Source: an uncultured Phycisphaerales bacterium (GTDB lineage Bacteria; Planctomycetota; Phycisphaerae; Tepidisphaerales; Tepidisphaeraceae). Taken from it: 24,000 nucleotides of DNA. A program made the translations under genes and the position numbers. Positions 9,111 to 18,349 of this stretch are shown piece by piece; the stretch's first letter is position 1, and every line of letters starts with the position of its first letter. Under the pieces are notes generated by a model. The model searched no databases. It was not told the DNA's origin and saw only the letters and a list, made by a program, of their open reading frames with translations. Where the stretch lies: positions 530,247-554,246 of the forward strand of contig CAWJPJ010000008.1 of the NCBI GenBank assembly GCA_963844715.1. The letters are read 5' to 3'.

Positions 9111-9405
9111 ATGTTATTGACCCGGGAAATATTGCAGGAAAAACGGGAGGCGATTCTGGAGATTGCGCGGCGGTATGGCGGCGCATGATGTTCGCATATT
9201 CGGATCCGTCGCGAGGGGGGACGCGACGGAGGAATCGGATTTGGACTTGATCGTGCGTTTCGATGAGGGTCGAACGCTCCTGGATCATGGCGGGCTATTG
9301 ATGGACCTGCGGGAATTCCTTGGGATGAAGGTGGATGTCATTGACGAGGGCGCGCCAACCGGGCGATTTGGGCAAATCGCGCGTAGCGAGGCGGCGCCGT
9401 TATGA
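9111..9405 (+). CDS. MNT-type nucleotidyltransferase (HepT/MNT antitoxin-like), frame-broken as assembled
   Basis: HDVRIFGSVARGDATEESDLDLIVRF...VDVI is the minimal nucleotidyltransferase motif G-S-x-A-R-G-(x)n-D-x-D. The expected N-terminal helix MLLTREILQEKREAILEIARRYGGA sits in another frame (9111-9188) and stops at 9186-9188. Confidence 0.75.
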
Positions 9406-9467
9406 AATCTGTGCGGGGCGACCAAACCCCGGCTGTTGTATATGTATGACGCCCGGCAACTTTTAGA

Positions 9468-10405
9468 TCAGTGTTGCGTCGGGGGTTCGGGGAGTTTGAG
9501 GACCATGCCGATTTTGAGGCGGTCTTCGTCCTGGCCGATGGTGGATTGATTGGCGTCGTAGAGTTTGTCGGCCATGGTGGGATCGTCGTAGAGCTTGCGG
9601 GCGATTTTTTCGAGGGAGTCGCCGCTGACGACTACGTATTGAGTTGTGGAGTCGATCCTTGGCGTGGCGGCGGCGGATTGGGATGAGCCGGTGGGTTGGC
9701 CCAGGGGGGGGATGCTTAGGATGCGCCGACTTTCAGGTGCTTGGGATCCAGGTTGGAGTTGGCGGCGATGATTTTGGTGTAGTACTTGCCGTTGCCATAG
9801 ACGGCCTGGGCGATGGTCCAGAGACTTTCGCCCTCGGCGATCACGTGAGTGCGCGGAGAGGCGGCTGTCGGGGCGGGAGTCGCAGTCGCAGTCGAAGTCG
9901 ATTGAGAATCAATTGTCGGGGGCGCGGCGGGGACGTTAACCGTTGGAGCCGGGGTCTCGGCGGGGGCTGAAAGGGCGGGGGGCAGAGACGGCTGAGTGGC
10001 TGGCAGGCTGTCGATTAGCTCGGGGTGAACATTCGGGCTTACGCGATCGATGGTGGGCGTGACCGTGCGCTCGGGGGCGTCAGCGGGTACCTTGCTGCCG
10101 TTAGAGAGGGCATTGCCCCAGTCAAATTTCTGATCCGCCGAGGCGGTGGGCTGAGTGGCGGGGGCGGGGTTGGTGTCGGTGACGGAAGTGGACTGATTGT
10201 TATCCGTCGCGGTTGGATTGGGGTTGGCTTGATCGTCGCCGGGGTTGGGGGCGCTGGAGGAATCGCCGGGCGCGGTGGGCGCGCCTACATTGGCTTCCTC
10301 GGATTTGATGGCTTGTCCGCTGCGCGAGAGAACGAGCGCGTAGACGATGAGAGTAACAACGAGAATCGCACCAACTGTTAATCCGAACTTCACATCCTTG
10401 CGCAT
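9468..10405 (-). CDS. Membrane-anchored protein with a Pro/Thr/Ala-rich linker and two C-terminal LysM domains, frame-broken as assembled
   Basis: It has an N-terminal TM helix. LysM 1 is HVIAEGESLWTIAQAVYGNGKYYTKIIAANSNLDPKHLKVG, followed by a stop at 9716. A neighbouring frame continues RILSIPPLGQ...QYVVVSGDSLEKIARKLYDDPTMADKLYDANQSTIGQDEDRLKIGMVLKLP (LysM 2) to TGA 9468-9470. Confidence 0.8.
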
Positions 10406-10452
10406 GATTGGGACTCCTTTCCCGACGGCCCTGAATTGTCACCGGCCTGTCA

Positions 10453-13400
10453 TCAGCCGGCGGTCCGCTGCAGTTGCCCGGCGCCGTATCTTGCGGCGTA
10501 GGGCGAAGTCTTCTCGCGGTGCCAAAGTAACATCGGCGCGGCAATCGCGACCGACGAGTACGTTCCCACCAATATGCCAACGAGGAGGACGAAAGTAAAG
10601 CCGTGGATGCCGGCGCCGCCCATGAAATACATAAAGGAGACGGTTGCGATGGTGGTTCCGGCGGTGAGGATGGTTCGCGAGAGGGTCTGGTTGATGGCGT
10701 CGTTGATGACCTGGCGGTTGAGGTGGCCGTACTTGCCGCGGTTTTCGCGGATGCGGTCGAAGACGACGATGGTGTCGATCATGGAATAGCCCATGATGGT
10801 GAGGATGCCGGCGACGACGGTCAGATTGATGCGGAAGGGCTCAATCTGAAGGAAGTTGTGGTGCCAGGCGGCGGCTATGTAGTGGGCGAAGCCGAGGGCG
10901 GCGAGGGTGAAGATGGTGTCGTGGATGAGGGCCACGACGGTGGCGGTGCCGTAGGTGAAGTTGCCGAAGCGGATCCAGATGTAAACCATGATGGCGGCGA
11001 TGGAGAAGGCGAGCGCCAGAAGGCGTCGCGCTGCATTTCACCGGCAACTTCGGGATCGAAGTTGGTTTCCTGCTCAAAGGAGGGGGGGCTGCTGATGGCC
11101 TGGCGGGCCAGCTGCCAGACGGGGCTGGCGAGTTCCTCGCTCCATTTTTGCTGATCGGCGGTGAAAGAGACGGAGGGATTCCAGGCGATGACCACGGCGA
11201 AATCGGTGGGCTTATCCTCGGGCGTGGGGGCCTGGACTTCGTAGTTGACTTCTTCGGCGCTGCCTTCGCCGCCGGCGGAACTGAGGCGGGTGTGATCGAG
11301 GCGGGCGTGAATCTGGTCGGGCGACAAGGGGGGCGAAAGATGGTCCAGGACCAGGGCGACGCCTCCGACGTGATCCGCCGCGGCGGGCGGGATGAAGCCG
11401 TTGACGGAGAATGCGTTGTCGAGAATGGGCAGGACGGTTTTTCCGCGCGCGGCAAGGAGATCGGACTGGGAATCGTCAAACTGCGAGGCGAGTTGAAGCT
11501 TCAAGTCGCTTCCCATGGCCTGGAGGACGGCGGACTTGACGGCGGTGCGGTCGATGTTGGGGGTGACGACCTGGTAATGCAATTGATCGGTGCCGACTGC
11601 GACGACGCTGGGGCTGGGCAGTTCCTTGGGATGTTCGTCGCTGGCCTGATCGATGAGCTTGCGGACGTCGTCCTGAGCCATTGGGTGGGTCAACTCAAAC
11701 TGCACGCTGGTGCCGCTGGCGAACTCGATGTCCATCATCTGGCCCTGGCGCACTTTCACGACGAAGAGGATCATCCCCGTGGTGATCATGATGATGCTGA
11801 AGGTGTAGAAGATCCAGGCTTTTCCCATCCAGTCCCAATTGGGTTTGAGGAGTTTGTCCCATTTGGGGAAGGAGAGGGGGAGACTGCCAAGGTGGGTGAC
11901 GCCGAAGCGGTCGATGAGGAGGGCGAAGACTGTCTTGGTGACGTAGAGGGCGGTGAACAAGCTGGCGAGGATGCCGATGATGAGGGTGAGACCGAAGCCT
12001 TTCACTTCCTCGGAGCCGAACATGTAGAGGCAGACGGAAGTGATGATGCTGGTCATGTTGGAGTCGATGATGGCGCTGTGCGCGGTGTTGTAGCTGTTTC
12101 GCAGGGCCATTTTGAGCGGGAGTCCGCGATGTTGCTCTTCGCGGAGACGCTCGAAGATCAGGACGTTTGCGTCGACGGCGGTGCCGACGGTGAGGACGAT
12201 GCCGGCGATGCTGGGGAGGGTGAAGGTGGCGCTGAGGGCCGCCATGACGGCCAGAATGAGCATGATATTGAGGCAGACGGCGATGAAGGCGACGAATCCC
12301 GCGACGTAGTAGTAGCAGATGAGGAAGACGGCGACGACGACGAGGCCGAAGCCGCAGGCGATCAAGCCGCGATTGAGATTGTCGGCGCCGATGGTGGGAC
12401 CGACCTCGGTTTTGCTGATGGGCTCGCTGGAAAGTTGGGCGGGGAGGGAGCCGGCGTTGAGGGTGTTGATGAGATAATCGGCATCGGCGCCGGCGAAGCC
12501 GCCGTTGCCGCCGGTGATGATTCCGCTGCCGCCGGTGATGGGATTGAGGATTCTGGGCGCGCTGATGATTTTGTTATCGAGGACGATGGCAAGATCGGCG
12601 TAGGCGTCCTGGAATTGCCCGCCTCGGCTGCGCGTGTAATTGAACCAGTGAGTGGTGAGATCGCCGAAGAGTTTTTCGCCAGCGGGGTCAAATTTAAACC
12701 CGATGGCGTTGCCGCCGTTTTCGTCGCGAGAGGGGTAAGCGGATTCGAGGCCCCAGGGGAGGGCGCTGGCCTTGGTCATGGAGGCTTCCTGGGTGACCAG
12801 GACCGGCATGTAATGTTTGCCGTTCCATTCGTGGGTTTCGGGGGGCGTGCCGGGGCGATCGAATTCGGAGACTTTATCGACATCCATCCAACGGATGGTG
12901 TCGCCGGGTTCGGGGAGGGGGCCTTTTCCGCCGGGACGCAGGCGGGCGTCCATGGCGGCGAGGTCGGCGGTGGATGTCGTGGCGGGGGTGGCCAGGATGT
13001 GGAACTCGAGGACGCCGGAACCTTGGAGGAGATGCTCGAGGGCGACGGAATCGGTGACGGCCATGCGGACGGCGTCATAATCCTTGAACTTCGCCTCCAT
13101 CTGGTCCATGGCGGCGATGCGTGCGGGGTACTGCTCCCACAATCGGTGGAGATCGTCGAGCTTTCCCTGTCCGGCGAGACGCGTCGCGTCGTCGGGGGAA
13201 TTGGCCTCCTCGAGGATCGATTCATAATCCATCGAAGTCAGGTTCGTGGGATAGATCTGGGCGACCAGGGATGAATAGTTGTCCTCCAGCGGGCCAAGCT
13301 TGGCGGCGAGGGAGGGGAGGGAGAGTTTGTCGGGGTTCTGCTTGAAATGCTGGATTTGATCGTAGGTGTCGGTGAGCTGCGCGAAGAGCGTTGTGCGGGT

Positions 13401-13883
13401 CGGGCAGCCCATGGCGAGGGCGGCGAGTTTGGCTTTGCGTGCGTCGCCGGTGAGATGCTCGACGGCGGCGGTGACGTCCTCGGTTTTGATGTTGGTGGCG
13501 TCCAGAGCCTGGGAGGCGGCGTCAAAGGTTTTTTTGATTTCCCCGGCCTCGGCGGCTTCCGGGCTCAGGGGCATTTGGATTTCGAGGCGATTGCTCCCCT
13601 CGGGGCGCCAGACGAGGTTGCGGACGCCGTTGGGATCGACGCGGCGTTTAAGGGCCTGCATGACCTGGGTGGAGAGGTCGTCGGTCTTGGAGCCGGGGGC
13701 GGCCTGGATTTCATAAATCAGGCTGGCGCCGCCGACCATGTCAATGCCGGGCTTGAGGGAGGTTTTCTGAATGAAGGTCAGATGCGGATCGGTGAGGCGG
13801 CTGGGATGCGGGAAAATCAGCATCAGGCAAAGGACTACGATGATCCCGATGAAGGTGAATCTGGAGCGAAGGTTGGTGGGCAT
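10453..13883 (-). CDS. secDF: Fused protein translocase subunit SecDF, frame-broken as assembled (10875..13883 and 10453..~11020)
   Basis: The SecD N-terminus includes GIDMVGGASLIYE and the SecD TM bundle AVDANVLIFERLREE. The SecF part is IMVYIWIRFGNFTYGTATVVALIHDTIFTLA...IDTIVVFDRIRE. The upstream ORF turns into P/S junk after EMQRDAF, where the other frame reads LLALAFSIAAIMVYIW. Confidence 0.93.
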
Positions 13884-13904
13884 GAGGACGTCCTTACCGG
13901 GATG

Positions 13905-14270
13905 TTATTTCGCGGAACTGCTGTTTTCCTCGTCGGTGACGACCCGCTTGATGGCGTCACGGGAGAATTTGACCTTGGTGTTGGTGCCTTCGTCGACCTT
14001 GAGCACTACGTCGAGGTCGCGCACATCGACAACGGTGGCATAGATTCCGCCGGCAGTCAGTACGCGGTCGCCGCGTTTGAGGTTCTTGAGCATGTCGTCG
14101 CGGGCGCGTTGCTCGGTTTTTTTGGATTTGGAGGAGGAGAAGAGGAAAAAGAGCATGACGACGATAAGGAGAGGGAGAAGCCAGCGTTGGGGGTCGTATT
14201 GCCAGGGGACGGGCTGAGTTCCGGTGGCGGGCTGAGAGGCGGCCTGGGCTAAAAGGAAGACGGTATTCAA
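13905..14270 (-). CDS. yajC: Preprotein translocase subunit YajC
   Basis: A TM helix [14 protein letters not shown] is followed by [22 protein letters not shown]...KVKFSRDAI. The likely start is TTG 14270, preceded by ggaga and overlapping the tgt stop. The ORF-track start at 14339 lies inside tgt. Confidence 0.9.
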   Translation of the reverse strand: MNTVFLLAQAASQPATGTQPVPWQYDPQRWLLPLLIVVMLFFLFSSSKSKKTEQRARDDMLKNLKRGDRVLTAGGIYATVVDVRDLDVVLKVDEGTNTKVKFSRDAIKRVVTDEENSSSAK

Positions 14271-15444
14271 TCGAATCTCCTCGATGTCAGTCGTCCAGCG
14301 TGGCGGGATCGGCGGCTCTCCGCCGGTCCGAGGCGGCAACGAGGGTCTTCCCGCCGCCAGGAGTCGAACTGACCGCTGGCGATGCTTCGGCGGATGTCCG
14401 CCATCAGCCGCTGGTAGAATCGAATATTATGCACGGAAACGAGGATCGGGCCAAGCATCTCGCCGGCATAAAAAAGGTGGCGGATGGCGCCGCGGCTGAA
14501 GCGTAGGCAGGCTGGGCAATCGCAACCGGGCTGGATGGGGGCGATATCGCGCTGAAATTGCGCATTTCTGAGGCGCAGGGGGCCGGAGGGGGTGAAGGCG
14601 TAGGCGTTGCGGCCGTTGCGGGTGGGGAGGACGCAGTCAAACATATCGATGCCTGCGGCGACGGCGGCGACGATGTCGCGCGGGTAGCCGACGCCCATGA
14701 GATAGCGGGGACGATCTTCGGGGAGCATGGGGGTGGTTTGGCGGACGATGGAATCCATGGCGGCGAAGCCTTCGCCGACGGCGAGGCCGCCGAGGGCGTA
14801 GCCGTCAAAGTTCATTTCGACGAGGCGGCGGGCGCACATTTCACGCAGCGGCATATCGACGCCGCCCTGGACGATTCCGAAGAGAGCTTGATCGCTAGCG
14901 CGGGCATGCGCGGCCAGGCATTGCTCGGCCCAGCGCAGGGTGCGCTCGACGGCGGCGCGATGGGCTTCGGCGGGCGCATCGGCGGCCGGGCACTGGTCGA
15001 AGGCCATGATGATGTCGGCGCCGAGATGATTCTGGACGGCGATGCTTTTGGCGGCGTCGAGGAAGATGGTGCTGCCGTCGATGTGGCTTTTGAAGGTGAC
15101 GCCGGAGTCGTCGATGCGATTGATGTCGGCCAGGGAGAAGACCTGGAACCCGCCGCTGTCGGTGAGGATGGGACCAGGCCAGCCCATCATGGCGTGAAGA
15201 TCGCCGAGATCGGCGACGACTTTTTCGCCGGGGCGCAGCATGAGGTGGTAGGTGTTGGCCAGGAGAATTTGGCGCCGGCGGCGGTGAGGTTTTCGGGGAG
15301 CATTCCTTTGACGGAGGCTTGGGTGCCGACGGGCATGAAGGCTGGGGTGTCGAAGGAGCCGTGGCGAGTGGTGGCGCGGGCGGTGCGCGCGGAGGTGAGG
15401 TTGTCCTGGTGCTGGATTTCAAATTGAAGGGGGCGCGGGGTCAT
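14267..15444 (-). CDS. tgt: tRNA-guanine transglycosylase (queuine tRNA-ribosyltransferase), frame-broken as assembled (15187..15444 and 14267..~15268)
   Basis: The N-terminus is [21 protein letters not shown]. After a frame change it continues [17 protein letters not shown]...[13 protein letters not shown]...GLAVGE and the zinc-site region CDCPAC...H. The conserved tgt-yajC-secDF order supports the call. Confidence 0.93.
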
Positions 15445-15481
15445 CGAATTTTTTTGGCGGGGAGATTTGCCGGCGAAATTC

Positions 15482-15509
15482 GAATGATAAATGATAAATG
15501 ACGAATGGC
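15482..15509 (+). repeat. Four tandem heptamers (gaatgat aaatgat aaatgac gaatggc), same family as 228-250 and 520-540
   Basis: Read directly from the sequence, just upstream of the tgt start. Confidence 0.7.
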
Positions 15510-15882
15510 CTCATTTTGCTGAGTGCTTAGCTTGCCGCCCGAAATTTTTTGAGATGCGAAAATCTCCTGGCCGCTCGTTTTAAATACAAATGCAATGCGG
15601 GAGGGCGGGAAAACCATATGAGGCCCGTCCTGCGGAAACTGCCGGAATCCTCCCGCACCCTCCCACCCTTTCCTTTTCCCCTCAAGCCGTCCAGCACCCC
15701 AAATGCAGGGAATTTGCGGGCCTAATTCGGTTCGATGTTCCGGCTGACGGAGGTCGGTCCTTCGCGCTTTACGTTCACCTTTGAAATCCTGCGCGCGAAT
15801 AGCGAGGCACGCCATGAAAGTGCCGGGCGGTGAAGAGTGCTGGTGGAGATGAATATGGGAGGCGGGTTTTCTATGGGGCGGG

Positions 15883-17316
15883 TCATTCGAGGGTTCCGGT
15901 TTCGAGTTCGGCGTCGGTGGCTTCGTCGAGGGACTTGGCTTTTACGCGGCCGGTGCGGCCGCGGAGGACTAGTTTCATGGGGACTTCGCCGAAGGGGAGG
16001 AGTTCGCGGAAGCGATTGACCATGAAGCGCTGGTAGGATTCGTTCAGGAATTTGGGGTTGTTGACGAAGAGGACGATGGTGGGCGGGGCGACGGAGGTTT
16101 GGGTCGCGTAATAGATTCTGGCTTTTCGGCCGGAGGGGGTGCTGGGGACTTTTTCCTGGAGAATCTGGCGGACCGAGCGGTTGAGCTGGCCGGTGGTTAG
16201 GCGGGTGCTCGCTTGATTGAAAAGGCGCTGGGCGGTGTCGAGGACGATCTGGACGTTTTTGGAGTCCTTGGCGGTGCAGAAGACGATGGGGGCGAAGTCG
16301 AGGTTGACGAGGGTTTCGTCCAGATACTTGCCGAATTCCTCCATGAGGGTGGTGTCGTCGATGTCGGGGCGATTTTCGCGGGTTTTTTCCATGGCCAGGT
16401 CCCACTTGTTCATGACGAGGACGACGGGCTTGAGCTCGTCGGCGATGTAACGGCCGAGCTTTTTATCGGGCTCGCTGACGGGCAGCGTGGCGTCGATGAG
16501 CATGACGGCGACGTCGCAGCGGCGGATGGATCTTTGGGCGCGGTGGAAACTGTAGAAGTCGATGTCGCGTTTGATCATCTGGCTTTTTTTGCGGACGCCG
16601 GCGGTGTCGATGACAAGCAGCGCCTTGCCGTCTTTTTCGAAGCGGACATCGATGCTGTCGCGTGTGGTGCCGGGGACTTCGGAGACGATGACGCGATCGG
16701 TGTCTTCCTCGTAGAGCTCGGCGATGGAATTGACGAGGGTGCTTTTGCCGGCGTTGCGCTTGCCGACGATGGCCAGGAGCATTTCGGGTTCGGGGATGTT
16801 CTTCGGAGCTTTGGAGAGATCGATTTTCTTTGCGATTTGCTCGCCGATGACGTCGAGGTTGCGGCCGTTGAGGGCGGAGATGCCGAGGGGGGTACCGAGA
16901 CCGAGGCGGGCGAAGTCGCCGAGGGCGGCATCGGAGGCGGCGCCGTCGGCTTTGTTTGCAAGAAGGATGGTTTTGATTCCGCGTTTGCGCAGGAGGGTGG
17001 CGATTTCCTGGTCTCCGGCGGTGAGGCCGTCCTTGCAATCGACGAGGAAGAGGACGAGGTCGGCCTGGGCGAGGGCGAGATCGATCTGGTGGCGGATGTG
17101 GTCGGTCAATTGATCGGGATCGACGAAACCGAAGCCGCCGGTGTCGACGAGTTCGACCCAGCGGTCGCCGATCTGGAGGGGGGTGGCGATGCGATCGCGC
17201 GTGACGCCCGGGGCGTCCTGGACGATGCTGATGCGCTTGTGGGCGAGCCCGTTGAGAAGGCTGCTTTTGCCGACGTTGGGGCGGCCGACGATGGCGACGA
17301 TGGGGAAATTTGGCAT
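15883..17316 (-). CDS. der: Ribosome biogenesis GTPase Der (EngA)
   Basis: Two tandem G domains (GRPNVGKSS...DTGG...NKAD and GKRNAGKST...DTAG...NKWD) plus a KH-like C-terminus. The start is probably ATG 17316 (MPNFPIVAIVGRPNVGKSS); the ORF track offers GTG 17340. Confidence 0.95.
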   Translation of the reverse strand: MPNFPIVAIVGRPNVGKSSLLNGLAHKRISIVQDAPGVTRDRIATPLQIGDRWVELVDTGGFGFVDPDQLTDHIRHQIDLALAQADLVLFLVDCKDGLTAGDQEIATLLRKRGIKTILLANKADGAASDAALGDFARLGLGTPLGISALNGRNLDVIGEQIAKKIDLSKAPKNIPEPEMLLAIVGKRNAGKSTLVNSIAELYEEDTDRVIVSEVPGTTRDSIDVRFEKDGKALLVIDTAGVRKKSQMIKRDIDFYSFHRAQRSIRRCDVAVMLIDATLPVSEPDKKLGRYIADELKPVVLVMNKWDLAMEKTRENRPDIDDTTLMEEFGKYLDETLVNLDFAPIVFCTAKDSKNVQIVLDTAQRLFNQASTRLTTGQLNRSVRQILQEKVPSTPSGRKARIYYATQTSVAPPTIVLFVNNPKFLNESYQRFMVNRFRELLPFGEVPMKLVLRGRTGRVKAKSLDEATDAELETGTLE

Positions 17317-17430
17317 AAAAAAGAATGGGATTTTATTCACAATGTTGTCTTTAGTCGAACCGCGCCGTACGGATTAAATTGTGGCGTGCGCATATCGGGG
17401 GTTTTGGCGGGAGGACGAAAGGAGCTTTTC

Positions 17431-17869
17431 ATGCCTACGGTAGCCGATCTTTTGACGTCCAAGGACACGAAACTGCACACGATTTCGCCGGCAGCGAGCG
17501 TTCTGGAGGCGGTGCAGAGGATGAATCAGCACCAGATCGGAGGCGCTGGTGGTGATGCAGGAGGGGCAGATGGTGGGCATGTTCACGGAGCGGGATGTGC
17601 TGCGTCGCGTGATGGCGGAGCGGCGCGAGCCGCAAGACGTTCGTCTGGCGGAAGTGATGACGACGGATGTGATCTGCTGCGAGCCGGGGACGGAGGTTGC
17701 GGACGCGAGCGCGATCATGCAGCGGAAGAGGATTCGGCATCTGCCGGTGTGCGATGGGCAGGGGAGATTAATGGGACTGATTTCGATTGGGGATTTGAAC
17801 GCGTTTTATGCGAGCGCGCAGGAACAGGTGATACATCATTTGACGGATTATATTTATGGGAGAGTTTAG
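17431..17869 (+). CDS. CBS domain pair protein, frame-broken as assembled
   Basis: ATG 17431 follows aaaggag. MPTVADLLTSKDTKLHTISPAASVLEAVQRMNQHQIG then continues in the next frame as ALVVMQEGQMVGMFTERDVLRRV...VMTTDVICCEPGTEVADASAIMQRKRIRHLPV...GLISIGDL, which is two CBS motifs. Confidence 0.85.
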
Positions 17870-17915
17870 ATCGCCGCGCTGGCTTATGTGAGAATTCTAG
17901 TTGCACCTTGTTTGG

Positions 17916-18349
17916 CTATTTAAGCTTCGGCGGCGATTGTTCTTGTTTGGCCAGCATTACCTGCACGTAAAATTTGACGCTATCTTCCGAGCCATTCAGA
18001 AGGAACTTACCTATCTTTGCGAGCGGGAATGTGAATCGTTTTGGCGGCGTCCATAAAACGGCCACAGTTCCAATGTCCTTTCCAAATTGACCCAGTTTTG
18101 GTTCGAGTGCGAGAGCCTGCTCGTAGTCGACCCAATGCCACACTATTGAAGGGAGCGCGTGACGGCGGAGCACCTCGCCAATATAGGCTCCGGCGCGGAG
18201 GATAAAGATTTTTTGCTCCTGCCCGGCTAGATTTCGAGCGCGCATTGCTTCGAGGTGTTTGTCCATCGCGTCGAGACTGTCGACTGAAAAATCAAACTTG
18301 GTTGGGTCAATTAAATCATTTCCCGGTGTGATGATTTTTGAATCACTAA
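17916..18349 (-). pseudogene. Hypothetical protein gene (3' 434 nt), interrupted by IS insertion; the 5' fragment is at 19724-19779
   Basis: GC content is visibly lower than in the flanks. The ORF-track N-terminus MKSGQQTGKCANSRVFQRPV is IS-derived sequence. Native reading resumes at SDSKIITPGND. Confidence 0.7.

Noticed and set aside
11148-13274. 708-aa plus-strand ORF opposite secDF
   Set aside because: It has the same antisense-ORF signature (G/D/E/A-rich and low complexity). The SecD motifs are on the minus strand.
15319-15501. 60-aa ORF ending ...RMINDK*, reminiscent of the EMTNDK* termini
   Set aside because: It lies mostly antisense to tgt. Its tail is simply the heptamer repeat read in frame, and there is no independent coding evidence.
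16213-17430. Upstream part of the 585-aa plus-strand ORF opposite der
   Set aside because: It is antisense to Der with biased composition. Only the segment from ATG 17431 onward is real coding sequence (the CBS protein N-terminus).
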